Assembly (NCBI RefSeq): GCF_030144855.1
Contig: NC_082714.1
Span: forward strand, 94,550,001-94,614,000
Reading direction: 5' to 3'
DNA from: Hypanus sabinus
Taxonomy: Eukaryota
DNA length: 64,000 nucleotides
Below, piece after piece: positions 22,870-37,059 of this stretch. Made by a program: the position numbers and the translations under genes. Each line of letters opens with the position of its first letter. Positions within the stretch are counted from its first letter, which is position 1. The notes under the pieces were generated by a model. The model ran no database searches. It was not told the origin of the DNA and saw only the letters and a list, made by a program, of their open reading frames with translations.

Positions 22870-23500
22870 CCAAGGGGAATATAATATAAAATCAAGGAGA
22901 TAATGTTGAGCCTTTATAAGACACCAGTCAGGCTGCACTTGAGGCATTCACAGCAGTTTTGGGACGCATAACTCAGGAAGTATCTCTGTGTTGACCTTGG
23001 ACAAAGTCCAGAGGAGGATCAAGAGAGTGATTCCGAGAAAGGAGGGCTTAACACATGAGGAATGTTTGGCAGGTCCTGTACTCACTGGAATTTAGAAGAA
23101 TGCACGGGGATCTCATGAAACCCTACCGAATGTTGGAAGGTCTAGTAAGATGAATGTGGAGAGTATGCTGTCTATGGTGGCGATATCCAGAACGAAAGGG
23201 CACAGCATGAAAATTGAGGGGAGACATTTTAGAACAGAGCTCGGAAGTTTAGTTTTAGCTGGAGAGCAATTAAGTTACAGAATGCGGTACCACACACTGC
23301 GGTGGAGCATATCTGTGGGTATAATTAAGGCGGAAGTTCATATTTTCCTAATCGGTCAGGGCATAAAAAGGCATCGAGAAAAGGCACGTGTACGGGTTTC
23401 AGTTGTATCCGGTATCAGCAACGATGGAATGGCGGAGCAGATTCAATGGGGCTGAATGGCTTAATTCTGTTCCTATGTCTTATGGTCTAATGGTCTAAGA
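22870..23500 (+). mobile_element. CR1 LINE 3' fragment
   Basis: RT C-terminal remnants (LYKT.VR.HLE, RTKGHSMKIEGR.F.TE) and a TCTTATGGTCT tail. Confidence 0.8.
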
Positions 23501-25079
23501 TGGACTTCTGGTTACAACTCCATTCACTCGCAGAGGTTCAAGAATACTACGCGCAGAATATTGAAGGGATACCTCATTAAGTTTGCTTGGAAGGGGAGAG
23601 CCGAAGTGGAGGGAAGAAGTTATTAGGAAGGGTAGCGTCGTGCTCCCGAACACCTTCATCATGTCGGAAGAACATTACTATACAAGGAACAGCTCTGCTC
23701 CCCAGAGATGTCTGCGGTTACATATCAGCAATACTCGCGGGGAAAGAATGGAGGAGTGTAAATCCGAGGTTATAAAAAGATGAATGGTTAACGAGCTTGG
23801 TTAGATGGAGAAGGAGATTCCAAACTGAAAACAGTAATTATTGGATGGCTGTCAATTGTCAAGTGCCTGTTTGTTTTTTTTTTATTCTTTTACTGTAGAA
23901 GTCTTGCGTTATTCCCAGTTGGATCTATCTACGACCAATGCAATCAAGCACAGGTTTGACGACCCAGCCAAAGTAGAAGTCTAGTAAACACCAGAGATTA
24001 TGTAGATGCCAGAAAACCTGAGCAACACACACACATTTCAGCAGGAACTCAGCAGGACAGACAACACCAATGGAAATGAATTAAAAAGTCCAAGTTTCGA
24101 GCTGATCTCGTTCTTCAGGATTGTCGAGTGATCTCAGAGAGAAACGTGTTTGCTGTGCTTCCTTCCAAAAAACGCTGCCTAACTTATCTGAATTCCTCCC
24201 GCATTTTGTGCAGAAACCTCATTTCGTCATTAATGAGGTGTCTACGTTGGCTGGGTATGGTTAAACTGTGCCTGGAATTTCATTGCCAATAATTACCGGA
24301 TTAATTACTCTGTTTCTAGATTATATAGAATAAAACACATCAAACTTACAGATCAAACTTACAAATGTACAAATCATCTGATTAATTGGAAGGATTCCAA
24401 ACTTTAACCATTTATAACATCTTTTAAAGCACTGGAGCACTTACTTACGCGCGATTTTAAAACACCAAAAAATCCAAGGCATAAATAAAATACTGTAAAG
24501 CTAAAATATGAGCTTTATTTGTCATCCGTACAACCTGTGTACAATGCTCTCTTGATAGACACCTCTGGACAGACGGCAAAACTTTATTTCACCTCTTTTG
24601 CGTTTCTTTTTTTTTAAATTTATTTTGAATGGGTTTTTTTTCCCCATGGAACTGATAGGGCCTGCGATTCTCGCTTTGGACATCGACTGATCCAGCGCTT
24701 TGCTGTTTCCGAGAAGATTCCAGGAAGCAGGAAGCGTAAGTCTCATGGTGAAGAAATTATGAAACGGGTTCAAGCAATGTCCGACTTAATTTCGCCGTTC
24801 AAAGCGTCCATTGTTTTCCCATTAAAGCACCAAGCAAGATTGAAATATCGAGATGAATCTGAGACAAGGGGTCTGTGTCTCTCTCTTCCAATGAGGTTGG
24901 AGAATTTTACCGAAGTTTCTTCGTTTATGAATTTGTATTATGGTCTAAGCACTTTTTAATTCTTAGGGTTTTTAAATTCTGTTTTATTCTCATTGTTCTT
25001 TGTCGGGCAGAGGAAGGGTTTGGGGTAGATGTTCGTGTTTTTTTTTTTCGCGGGCAGAGGCGGATTTGAGAGCCGATAT

Positions 25080-26190
25080 CCAAACAGAGAAACGTCGAAA
25101 ACCTGCCGCACAATACAGGCCCTTCGGCCCACAAAGCTGTGACGAACATGTCCTTATTTTTCTGAGCTCCATATGCCTGACCAGGAGTCTCTTAAAAGAC
25201 CTTATCGTGTTCGCCTCCACCACCGTCTCTGGCAACTCATTCCACGCACTCACTACTCTCTATGTAAAAAAAAATCCTGATATCTCCTCTGTACCAACTT
25301 CCAAGAACCTTAAAACTGTGCCCTGTCGTGATAGCCATTTCAGTCCTGGGAAAAGTCTCTGATTATACACTCGATCAATGCCTCTCATCGTCTTGTACAG
25401 CTCTATCAGCTCACCACTCATTCTCCGTCGCTCCAAGGAAAAATGGCCGAGTTAAATCAACCTATTTTCATAAAGCAGGCTTCCCACCCCAGGACAGATC
25501 TTTGTAAATTTTGACTGCACCAATTCTATAGTTTCCACATCCTTACTATAGTGGGACGACCAGCACTGAGCACGTTACTCCAAGTGGGGTCTGACCAGGG
25601 TCTTAATATTAACTTTCGACTCCTAAACTCAATCCCACGATTGATGAAGCCCAATGCTCCATACGCTTTCTTAACCACAGAGTCAAGCTGCACAGCAGCT
25701 TAGAGTGTCCAATGGACTCCGCCCCATGATCCTTCTGATCCTCCGCACTGCCAAGAATCTTACCATTAATACTACATACTGTCATCATACTTGACCTACC
25801 AAAGTGCATCACCTTACACTTACTTGGTTTGAACTCCGTATGACACTTCTCAGTCCAGTTTTGCATTCTATCAATGTCCCACTGTAACTTCGGACAGCCC
25901 TCCACACTTACATCAACACCGTTAATTTTTGTTTCATCAGCAAGTTTACTAACCCATCCCTCCGCATCTTCGTCCAGATCATTTATAAAACATCACGTAC
26001 AGTAGGGTTCCCAGAACTGATCACTGAGACACACAACTGGTGACCGACCTCCATGCAGAATATGACCCGTCTACAACCAGTATTAGTTTTCTGTGGACAA
26101 GTCAGTTCAGGGTCCACAAAACAATTTCCTCTTAGATCCCATGCCTCATTACACTCGAAATAAGCCTTGCATGGGGTACCTTGTAAATAG
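25080..26190 (-). mobile_element. CR1 LINE 3' fragment
   Basis: Minus-strand peptides WNELPETVVEA and LQWDIDRMQNWTEK..CKVMHFG. Confidence 0.8.
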
Positions 26191-27229
26191 GGTAGCATTT
26201 CCTCCTTGAGTTTCTTGCGAGTAGAGAGTAAGTTGGTGGGGGTAATGATCGTGTCGCCGTTCTTTTTTTTGCCGTAGGGGGTAGTTTGCGTTTTTCTCTG
26301 AACTAACTTGTTTGTTTTACTTTGTTCAGTAGCTTGATGAGATGAAGAATTTCAGAGTTATATACTCCATTTATAATTTAATAATAAATTAGTCTTTGAA
26401 GATCCTGTTCCCGTCACTCATCTTCCAAAAGGGAGAGATAACGCCCGGTCAGGGCACGTTCAGTGCATGCTTATCCTATTCCAGGTTTGCAGGAAAAAAA
26501 CATTTTTCAAATTTCAAAGTACATATATTATCAAATTATTATATATTAAGCAACCTTGAGATCCGTCTACCTGCAGGCAGCTACAAAACAAAGAAATCCA
26601 TACGACCCCATTTAAAAAACAGAAGATTGCAAACAGTCAGTTACAAGTACAAAATAATAAAAACCTTGTCCAATCTCGTAGATGTTCAGGGATAAGTCTA
26701 TTTTCCAAATCTGCACTGCATCTGCATGTCAACTGCTCTGGCAAGAAGCCACTTAAACTTTACGGTCTGTTGAATCGTAAATGACGCTGGGTATAAAAGA
26801 TTGGGATTGGATGGATAACAGCTTCTCTGCCCCTGACGTGAGACGACTGAATTTCCTGCAGCAGAAACAAAGACATGCTATGGAGTCCGTTTAAAGAAAA
26901 TAACCAACACAACAAAGAGCATCAAATCCCAAAGCGCGAAAAAGAACAAATCGCGTAAACAACTAAAGGCAAGCAAATAAAACACACTTCGTTTAACCTT
27001 AAATTGCTGTATCCACAAAATGGTCCAGGAGTTATACCACGCCTTGTTAGTTCAGGTCAGCGCTGTACTGAGACCGCAGGCCACAGGTGCAGAACCAGTT
27101 CTGCGCCAAAACGTTTCGGTCAAATTGCTCAAATAGTGAATAAGTGTAAACAAAAACACATGTAACATAAAATGTAGATTATCCAAAGCCCTCTGATAAT
27201 TCCACTGTGAAGCATCTAGGACTTTCTTT

Positions 27230-27645
27230 TTGAAATATTCTCTTACAACAGCCTGCAGTTTTGAGTTACGTACGATATTTTCTATAGACCAGCCTGAAAT
27301 TGCTGGATAGAGTGGAGATGGAGAGGAAGTTTCCTATAGAAGGCGAGTATAGTACGAAAGGACACAACCTTGGGACAGTAGGATATCACTCTAGAAGGGA
27401 GATTAGGAGGAATTTATTCAGAAACAATGTAACTAATCTGTGAAATTTATTGCTACACATAGCTGTGGAGGCCACATGATTCGGAATATTTAAAACGAAA
27501 TTGATAGTTTCCTGATTAGTCAGGGTTTCAAATATTATGAGGAGAAGACAGGTGACTGAAGTTGAGAGAGATAATAAGTCAGCCATGATAGAATAGTGAA
27601 GCAGACCCGTTGAATCAAATGGCTTAAATCTGTCCTTGTGCCTTG
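27230..27645 (+). mobile_element. CR1 LINE 3' fragment
   Basis: Typical CR1 3' region (GAGATTAGGAGGAATTTATT..AATCTGTG..CAAATGGCTTAAATCTG..). Confidence 0.65.
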
Positions 27646-28539
27646 TTGTCATGTATCCAAACAGTTTGCAGAGCTTGATTGATTGTTAATTGCAGTACTT
27701 TCAGTGCAGCAGTCGCCCCCACCCCCCCCCCCCTCTCATCCAACGTCCTTGCAGAATTCCCTCCTGGATAGTTCAACGTCCCAATTTTAACTTATTGTTG
27801 GCCAACTTAATCAATGTTCTATTGAGATCATTTGTAACCACGAAGTCACATATTAATTGTGTTCTTCCGCCCAACGCTGTACATACCGGAGAGACAATTT
27901 CTTCCATAGTCGCCGTACCGGCGCTATAGAAATAAGCCATTGTGGCGGCCCGCACACACGGGACTCGAGCCGCCATCAGGAGCCGCAGGCAGACACGCGG
28001 TAGCGCGTTTGGAACTACCCGCTCGGGGCGGACCCTCCGGGGACAATCTGACCTCGCGTGTCAAAGGAACCCATGGGAGGGGAGATTTAAGCGCGCGATT
28101 TTGAATCAGTAAAGGCATTCTGAGTTCAGGTCTCTCTCTCCGTGTGTTTCTTCAGTAGCTCGTTGCACGCGACTACACCATTCAGCATTTTCAGTCTCGC
28201 AGGTGAAGAATGGAAGAAGTTCAAATCCTGATGAATGTGCTTCGCTTCATTCAGACCATGTTTGATCAATGTCTTAACTCAACATACCTGACCTGGGCTC
28301 ATTCTCACAAATAATTCCCACCTATAATGCTGTTGCTCTTCACGATATTTTCCCATCTTTGGGATACACCGAATTTCTTTGGTAAACACGAGCACTCGTC
28401 CAATATATCAACGAAGTCAACCGTTGTTGAGCAGTGGTTCATGGAATCAAATAATTGTGTCTGAGTCTTGCCTCCAGAAACATTGTTGTGTTTTACAACA
28501 CAGATCTCTCAGAGTCGTAAAGACAAAGACAACTACATA

Positions 28540-29830
28540 ATTGAAGCAGCTTATTTGGCCCATCCTGTCCGCTATTCTGTTATTCTGCCTTGTATCACTG
28601 ACTCGCAGCTGAAGCCTAGATATCTATATCTCTCCCATCAAGGCACTAATCAAAACGTATCTGTAAGGCTGAAATCAACCCTGTATCCATCGCTTCCTTT
28701 TGCAGCTTGTTCCAAACTCGCAGCACGCCCTCAGTGGAGTGGAAAACTTCACTCTCAGGTCCTTTTAAATATTTCGTCGTTCACCCTTAACTTATGACCT
28801 GGTATTCCAGTCACCCTTACCCTCATTGAAAAAAATACTGCTTGTCCTTACTCCGTCTATGCTCTTCATAATATGATTGTGTCTACCTCCGCCAAATCGC
28901 CCAATGTTCTCCTACGCTCCAGAGTAAAGTAATCCTAGCACACAAGATAAAAGATAAAGTTCTACAGCACATTACAGTGCGTTCGGCCCAGAATAATGTG
29001 CCGACCTTGTACATTACTCTTTTTTTCATACCGCGTAGCTCTACACTTTTCTAAGCTCCATGTACCTATCACAGAATCTCTTAAAATACCCTACTGTATC
29101 AGCCTTTTATCTGGCAGTGCGTTCCACGCACCCATCTGTCTCAGTGGAAAACGTACCTCTGATATCCCCCGTGTACCTACTTCCAAGCACCTAAGTATTA
29201 TGGCTCCTTGTGTTAGACATTTTAGCCTTGAGAAAAAGCCTTTGACTATCCACGCGTGTGGTCGCCTCTCAACGTCCATCGCTCCAAGGAGAAAAAGGCA
29301 ATTTCACGGAGCCTATTCTCGTGAGGGATGCTCTCCAATCCATGCAATATCCTTGTAAATCTTCTCTGCAGTCTCTTTATAGCATCCACATACTTCCTAT
29401 GGTGACGTGCCCGGAACTGAACACAATAAATAACCTATTCAAACTTTCCCTCTAAGTTAGAGTTCTGCTTTCTTTCTATCGTATTTATGTCTTTGCTGAA
29501 AGTAACTGACCAGACATGCGGAGAAGTACTTTAGAATTTGCCTCTTAAAAATCTAACACAACTTCAACATAATATCCAACTCCTGTAGTAGTCCGCTGAT
29601 TTATGAAAGCCAATGTGCCGAAAGATCTCTTTACGACGCCATTTGCTTGTGACAGAACTATCAAGTAATAATATTAGATATGTATCCACATATTCCTATT
29701 TTCTACCGCATTCCTCATTGCCCGACGGTTGATTGTGCAATTCCTACCTTGGTTTGTCTAAGCAACAACCGCACAGATATCTGCTATTTTTCAGCCCATT
29801 TCCACCCGATCCAAGTTTTGACTACAGTCC
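28540..29830 (-). mobile_element. Cluster of degraded CR1 LINE fragments
   Basis: Several reverse-oriented CR1 3' regions and an RT remnant. Confidence 0.6.
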
Positions 29831-30539
29831 TCACAGAAAACCTTTCACATGAACTCGAATAATATATTAACTCAAAAAAAGAACTGTTCAAATGTAAAAA
29901 TCAGAAACAGTATGACAATTTAGACTAAGTTTCGTCTCGTGCACATGCTTGTTCTGACTTCAACACTTTATAGTAATTTTATTCCCAAATGAGGTTTCGA
30001 CGCACAGTATATTTATTGTTGCTATCAACAGAAATACAAACATTTTATAAATATTGATATGAATAGGCATGACGAGAACACCGTGATAACTTATGGACAC
30101 CGATAAAATTGTTGAGAGTATAATTGACAGACAGGATTTGACCTACCGGTTGATCACGTCTCATGATTGGGCTTATCATCTTGCTTCTGTTTTAATCTCT
30201 CCAAATGGTACCAGATCCTTTGAGCGTTGCAGGTGTCTCCCACTCTCTCTCTCTTTGTTTCTTTCATGTAGCAGTCTTTGCTTTCTATTTATGATCAAGC
30301 TTATGAAAACCCGGATATTTCCTCCTGTTGTGTTTAGGCCGGGGTTGTTTGCTTTGGAGCAAATTCAATGGTGTGTATATTACAAGCGATGTATAGGATG
30401 ATGGCCAGTAGCTATATAATAAAGGGGAATGGTATTCGCTTAACAGAATCATCAAATAACGGGATGTTTTATAGAAATTAATTTCTGCAACGACCAGGGC
30501 TGTGATGACAGAAAATGTTTGAATGAGTGTACAGGCATG

Positions 30540-32560
30540 TGTTACGTACCTGTAACAGTTTAAATGAACCAACAGCAATTGAACACGACTGGAGTCTGGT
30601 TTGGATGTTAAAACCACTTTTTTATTAGTAACTACGTAATATAGTAACGTAAACCAGTTAAATCAAAAGTTAGCAGTGTTTTGCATATATATGTGTGTGC
30701 AAATGTAATTCCCAAGCTCGATTGAGCTCGGGCGGGAAAGGTTAAAGTCTTATGACAGGATTGTAAGAAAGTTCAGTCCAATGCACAAAATTGGTAGGGG
30801 AGAGAATGGTGTTTGAAAGCCTAGCTGAAATCCACAATAGGAGAAGAACAATTAAACAGGTGCCGTAGGTCTTCCGTCTTCGGACTTTGAATCCACTCTC
30901 GAGTTAGCCAAATGTAGTTTATCACAAAGTGTACTGTCTTCAAGGTAAAACTATCACTCAGGCAAGGGTAAACACACCTGTAGCCTCCACAGATCCAGCC
31001 CTTCTACACACCGTGATAGCTACTGATCGATTCTCCTGGTCTCGAAGTCCTATCCAATGTCTCTTCTGTCACTGGTGTCCTTCTGTGTTCGATTCCAGCT
31101 GCGATTCTGAATGTGAACGAAAGTGTCCCTGTATAAATCCAAACACGCTGTGAGCTTGTGTAAATATCGAAATGTCCATCACATAACTTCACCCCTCTTA
31201 CCACAGCAACGCAGAAGCAGGCAGCAGTACTGTTATCAGTTTCTGTCCCTCTCTCTCCCTTTAATGACACAGTCTATGTCCGTCATGCCTCCCTCCAAAC
31301 AGGAAATTTTTGATCAAGGAGCAAAAGTTTTAACTATAGATTACAGAGTGTAAAGCAATACCTATGTAACTACCAGGTAACACTTAATGAAGCCTATGCA
31401 AACTTTAACTTAACACCTGGAGAAACAATCTGCGATATTATTATTGGTACCTTTTACATGTTTTTATTACCGTGCCATATTCCTGCAAAATCAGACCGTG
31501 TGGTTGAACAGGAGTCTGATTAAGCATTTTCTTTAACCATGTATATGCAAACAACCACCCTGAGGATGAGGTAAGCATCTGTTTTGTCACTGCATTTACT
31601 TTCCTGTAATCGGTTCAAAATCTCACACTACCGTCAGACGTCGGAACGATAACACAAGTTGAGGCCCATTCAAATGTTAACGACCTAATAATACCATATC
31701 ACAGCATGTATTGAATCTCTTCCTCAGCCAGTTTACTGTTTTCTAAATTCATCCGATAGAGGTGTTTTATAATCGGCTTGACCTCGATCCACATCATGCA
31801 CAGCGGCGGGGGTTTGTTTGGGTACATTGGGAAATAAAACCTTATGTTCAAGAAGTAACTTTTTCAATTGTTTTTGCTGCTCCGGCTCCAGATGACTTAA
31901 TTTGGTATCAATACTTTCCAAAATAATGGAATTCCTGAGTCGCACTGAGACTATGCTTGGCTTGTTAAAATTTTCAATTACCCCTTTCTCAGGCTCTCCA
32001 GTTTCATGTGCTCTCACAATAATGCTAACAGGTGCCATTTCTGAATCATAATAACGTTTTATGATATTGATTTGTACTACTTGAGTGGGCTTTCTACGGT
32101 CAGGTGTGTTAATAACATAATTCAAAGAATCAATTTTAGAGATTATTTGGTACGGTCCATTAAACATTGCCTGAAATGGATTGGTCAATATTAGAAACAG
32201 CACAAACACTTTGTCTCCTACGTAATAAGTTAGCTCTCGGTCTCGCTCATCATACCAGACCTTGATTTTATTTTGAGAAATTTGTAGTTTCTGTTTTGCG
32301 AGATTACATGCCCTGTTGAGCCTATCCTTGAATTCCAAAACATAAATCAACACGCTTGCCTGATCCTTCTCAGCAGAACACTGTTCTCTCAGTAAGGTCT
32401 AAGGCCCTCCCGCTCTGTGACCAAATACGAGTTCAAATGGACTAAACCCCACGGTACTGCATTGAGTCCCTTACGCAAAATAGGAGCAATTGCACCCCAT
32501 CATCCCAGTCTTTCTTATTCTAAACAGAGTATATGTAAATCGTTATTTTAAGGGTATAAT
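30540..32560 (-). mobile_element. Gmr1-like Gypsy element remnant: 3' LTR (30540-31287), PPT, pol with RT core deleted
   Basis: ORF 31733-32353 encodes integrase C-terminus (GPYQIISKI..NYVINTPDRRK) running into the RT N-terminus. RT (TDYRKVNAVTK) is fused near 31520 to the RNase H end (LILQEY..IKHVKG..IADCFSRC*). The PPT resembles that of the 41.6-kb element. Confidence 0.8.
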
Positions 32561-33599
32561 AACATATTTCTAAAGCTCCCAACACCCCCCCCCCATATGA
32601 CATTTGCTCCATTTACTGAGATGAACTGAAATTCAACCTAGGCCCCCGGTCTTGAGGCTTTAGAGAGAAACAATCAGATTTACGCATTTTAGCGACATGC
32701 TTTATTCTAAATCTTATTTCTAACAAGTGAAGCAGTGACATGCTTCCTGCAGGATTTTTCTAACCTCGTATTGGCGATGACGAGTTGGAGATCGCAGAGA
32801 GACCCACTGGAAATTTGATATGTGTGACCTTGAACATGTTTGATCTGATGAATATTGGGGTAGAGATGGATTCCTGTTATTCAGATTCAGATCCAGATTC
32901 AGTTTATTGTCATTTAGAGACCACAAATGCAATGCAGTTAAAAAAATGAGCCAACTATCCTCCAGAATGATATCACAAAAACACATGACAAAACAGTCTA
33001 CACGAGAAAATCCATATAACGTTTGGCAATCCTAAATCCAGCGTCGGGAGAGGCTGCTGCGTATTGATATTGCGCTACCTGTTTCCAGATCGCGATTGTC
33101 GATAAAATGTCTAAAATCAGTTTGTGTAAGTATTTAGTAAACGTCCGCAGATCGGGATATATGACGCAACTAAATGTGAAACATTTTTGAAATTGTGGGT
33201 TAAGACTTTCAAATTCAGTAAGATTCCGTTCATGGATTCTAAGGGACAGCATGTCATTCTCTACTCTATTCCTTTCGCTGGTGCCTCCGTCTCAGAGCAT
33301 CAGTTTAATAATCCTTCCCGGGTCTCCCGATTGTAAACGCTGGAACAGGATCCGTTCATGATCTTTGCGAAGCAGCACGTGGATTTGTCATAAATTTGGG
33401 GACTTGCTGTCTATATCTGTCCGGAGTAATGTCCCAGCGCCACATCTCCTATAGGCTCTGTTGGTCCTTTAGCAAGTGGGAGTCAGATTGGATTGGGCAC
33501 CGATTAAGAAATTAATATCCCCAGATCTGCCTGCTGGTCTGCCCTCTTGCTGAGGAAGGGGAGACACCTCGCTGTCCCTTGCTGTGAGAGGTAGAAACT

Positions 33600-35200
33600 G
33601 TGGCATGTCAACTTGTTGGGTAAAGAAGTATTTGTCTTCGTGTGCAGATCGCGGACTCTGGCTTGGTGGTTGGTGAGTGTGGAAGTTTTCCGCTGGAGCA
33701 AATTGCATTCTCCACGCACAGTCTACTGTTTCCCTGTAGGTTTGATGGCCCGTGATGACTTTGGAGACGAAAGTTTTTTCTCCACTGTACCTGCCCATCC
33801 TTCCACTCATAAAAATCATGAAGAGTAAGGGTTCCAGAATAGATCTCTGACCTCCATGCTGAATATAACCCCTCTACAAGTACTTTTTGCCTTCTGTGGG
33901 CAAGCCAGTTCTGGCTCCACAAAGCAATGTCCCCTTTGATCCCCTGGCTCCTTACTCTCTCAATAAGCGTTTCATGGGGTAGCTTATCAAATGCCTTGCT
34001 GAAATCCATATAGACTGCATCTACTACTCTTCCCTCATTAATGTGTTTAGTCACATCTTCAACAAAATTCTATCAGGCTAGTAAGGCACGACCTGCTCTT
34101 GACAAAGTTATGCTGACTATTCCTAATCATACTGTACCTCTTCAAATGTTCGTAAGTCCTCCCTCTCAGGATCTTCTCCATCAGCTTACCAATCACTGAG
34201 TTAAGCCTCCCTGGTCTATAATTTTCTGGGCTGTCTCTACTCCGTTGGTTGAATAAAGGAACAATATCCGCAAACCTCCAATCCTCCGTAACCTCTCCCG
34301 TTCCGATTGTTGTCGCAATGATCATCGGCGGAGGCTCAGCACTCTCCTCACTCGCTTCCCACAGTAGCCTGGGTTACATCCCATTCGGTCCTGGCGACTT
34401 ACCCAACTTGATGCTCTCCAAAAGCTCCAACACATCCTTTTTCTTTTTCATGCTCAAGTTTCTCAAGATCCTTTACCATAGTGAATATTGAAGTAAAGTA
34501 AAAATAAATAAAAAGAACCCAACATGTTTCACAGAGGTGTTATCTGAGGAAAATGTCACTGATACAGAATGATACGAAATGAAAATAATATTTGTGCATC
34601 AATGTCTTCACTCGGCAACAAATATGTAAGAGGTAGAGGATGCCTTTCGGCCCATCCACGTTCACCAGACTACAGTCGGCACAGTCGACCAAAACGTTCC
34701 CTCGCCTTGGGATTCCCTGTATCCCCAAATCCTCCATTTACAACATATGTACACGCTTCTCTTTCAAATATCCTACAAACATTCACTCACAGAACGTTAA
34801 ATCTGAAAATTCACAGTCGTCCCCACGCCCACCTGCCTCCAGTCGACATTTGGTCAGAATTTTGATCTCTCACCCTTTTGGAGTCAGCATCTTTCCGTGC
34901 ATCACGAGTCTCTTTGGAGTCTCCCATTATAGCTCGCCTTTCACTGAGATGATTTCTTATTCCGAACTATCACGGCTGATGAATTGTCCCACAATCACAT
35001 TCTCCTGCCTCCTTTCGTACCCTTTGTTGTCTTGACTCTTCAACAACGCATCAACCTCCCCTGTAAATACATCAAATTATTTGGCCTGCATCAGTAACTG
35101 TGGCAATAAATTCCATCGAATCATCACCATCTTTCTAACGAAATTCCTTCCAATCACCGTTATAAATTGATATCCCTACTTGTTGAAGCTGTGCCCTATG
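33600..35200 (-). mobile_element. CR1 LINE fragments
   Basis: Peptides YMDFSKAFDK and PEDWRFADIVPLF..NYRP, plus a separate 3' region at 34600-35200. Confidence 0.75.
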
Positions 35201-35239
35201 GTCCTAAACTCTCTTATCATTCGAACTACCCGCTGTATG

Positions 35240-35530
35240 TCCACTATCTACTCCGCCTCTCACTCTCCATCCTCTCTACTCCTTTCTTCTCTGCCTCTGC
35301 CACTCCCCCCTCCTTCCGTCTCTTTCCTCTCTCTCTCTCTCCCCATCCCTCACACACTCAGTCTGCTCACAGTCTTATGTTACTCATTCTGCCTCACTTC
35401 CCATCGCTTTTTCTTTCACCCCATTTCTCTCTCTCCGTTTCCGCTGTCACCAACTCACTCTCTGTCTCTTTCCTGTGACCCATAACTCATTGTACTCTCT
35501 CTGTGCCCCCTCCCCTTCACTGTCCCTCTG
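35240..35530. repeat. CT-rich low-complexity tract
   Basis: Imperfect (CT)n/CCT repeats. Confidence 0.7.
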
Positions 35531-37059
35531 TCTCCAATATTTTTTCGCCTGTAACAATTAATTCCAATTTGTGTGAACTTTTATTTTTCAGATTTCGTTT
35601 CAGAATCTGTCTCTTCGTCTTATTGCAGTTTCTCAGTTAGACAGAATCTTTTAAAAAGTTCAGTCGTATCTCATCACCGCTCCTCTTCCCAGGACCTAGT
35701 GACCGCGCCACCTGCATCACTTAACAAATAGGACAGAAACAACAGCAACTTGTATAACTGTCGCTAAATAAAGGCGGTACAAACACTGTCCCGGTCCCCG
35801 AAGGGAGATGACGCGGTCCGCAGCTGCAGGAGTGCCACTCACAACACAAACTCTTCGACCCTATCCATCTATCAATCCTGGTCTCTAGTCAGCGACTGAA
35901 AATTTTCACGGGGCCCTTGGAAATAAAATTGAAAGCTCCTGACTGACTGAGTGAGAGGTTAACTGGACTGACCTGTGTGCAACTGTCAGCATAGGTTTGA
36001 GGGAGAACTACCATATCCCAGGTTATGAATGACATTTTAAATTTTAATCACCATCTCCAATTATCCAATATGAGGTTATCGATGGAACAAGCATTACAGA
36101 ACCCAACCTGCATGATATTAAAAAATAACATTTCACAAATAAAATAAGCTAATGTTTCACAGTGGCGTTAGTAGTTAAACGTTGATACCGAATCATACAA
36201 GTCGAAGTTTACATTGGATGAAATTTCTTCTCATCTATTACACAGTATCCAACAGATCATGGCAGATAGAAGGGTGGTGATGAACTAAATGATGGACAAG
36301 GGAAGCGAGATGTAATGTCCCACACGTGGCTCATTGTTAATAACATCCTTCATCAGAGTGAGGTTCAGCAATAGAATCAGATATAATATAACTGTAATAC
36401 GCCGTGAAATTTACTGTTTCCGCTGCAGTGTGCTAAGTAACAGATTAAAATAAACATGGGATGTCATAAAGTAATAGAACACTACAACGCCAAATCAGAC
36501 CTTTCTTACCATCTGTTCGTTTCGACCATTAATATGTTTAGTCCCGTCATTCTGCACCCAGACCATAGGTCACCACAGCGCTCCCATCATCCATTTGTTT
36601 CTTAAATGTTGAACTCTACCCTTGCCCTTCACATCCGATGGTAACACTTTCCACACTTTCACCAACCTTTGAGTGAATGTTTACTCCAATTTCACATTTT
36701 ACCCTTATTCCATGACCTCTAGTTGTAGGCTCAACCAGTGTCAGTGGAAAAATGGTCTGCTAACATTTTGCCCTTGCTACATCCCGCTAAAGCGCTTTAG
36801 TAGGCGACATAAAGACCCAACAAAACAGCCACTATAAGTATGTGAGAAAAAGATCAAAATGGATAGGATGAAGTGGGTTAATTTCACACTGAGAGTGGAA
36901 AAACTAGAAAGTAAGTAAATAAAGCGTTGGTGAATTTATATACATGTACGTAAATGCGAAGAAAGCCTGCCGAAAATATATTGGAACGACACTCATACAA
37001 GCGGCATGACTAAGTAAGTGTCTTTGGACAAGAAACAAAAACACCAAAACCCAATACTT

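Noticed and set aside
23560-23790. Possible L1/Tx1 ORF2 remnant
   Set aside because: Only a few short motif resemblances; too degraded to support a feature call.
30265-30460. C1-set-like remnant (VFAFYL*SSL*KPGYFLLLCLGRG) after a polypyrimidine tract
   Set aside because: Multiple stops, no second Cys in register and no similarity to the IgL C in this window. A translated HMM search would be needed.
33000-33470. Possible exon or V-like remnant in unique sequence
   Set aside because: No frame gives the Cys/Trp/YxC pattern, and stops occur in all frames.
35590-35890. Possible Ig-domain exon (KGDDAVRSCRSATH)
   Set aside because: In-frame stops and no first Cys or Trp; could be chance.
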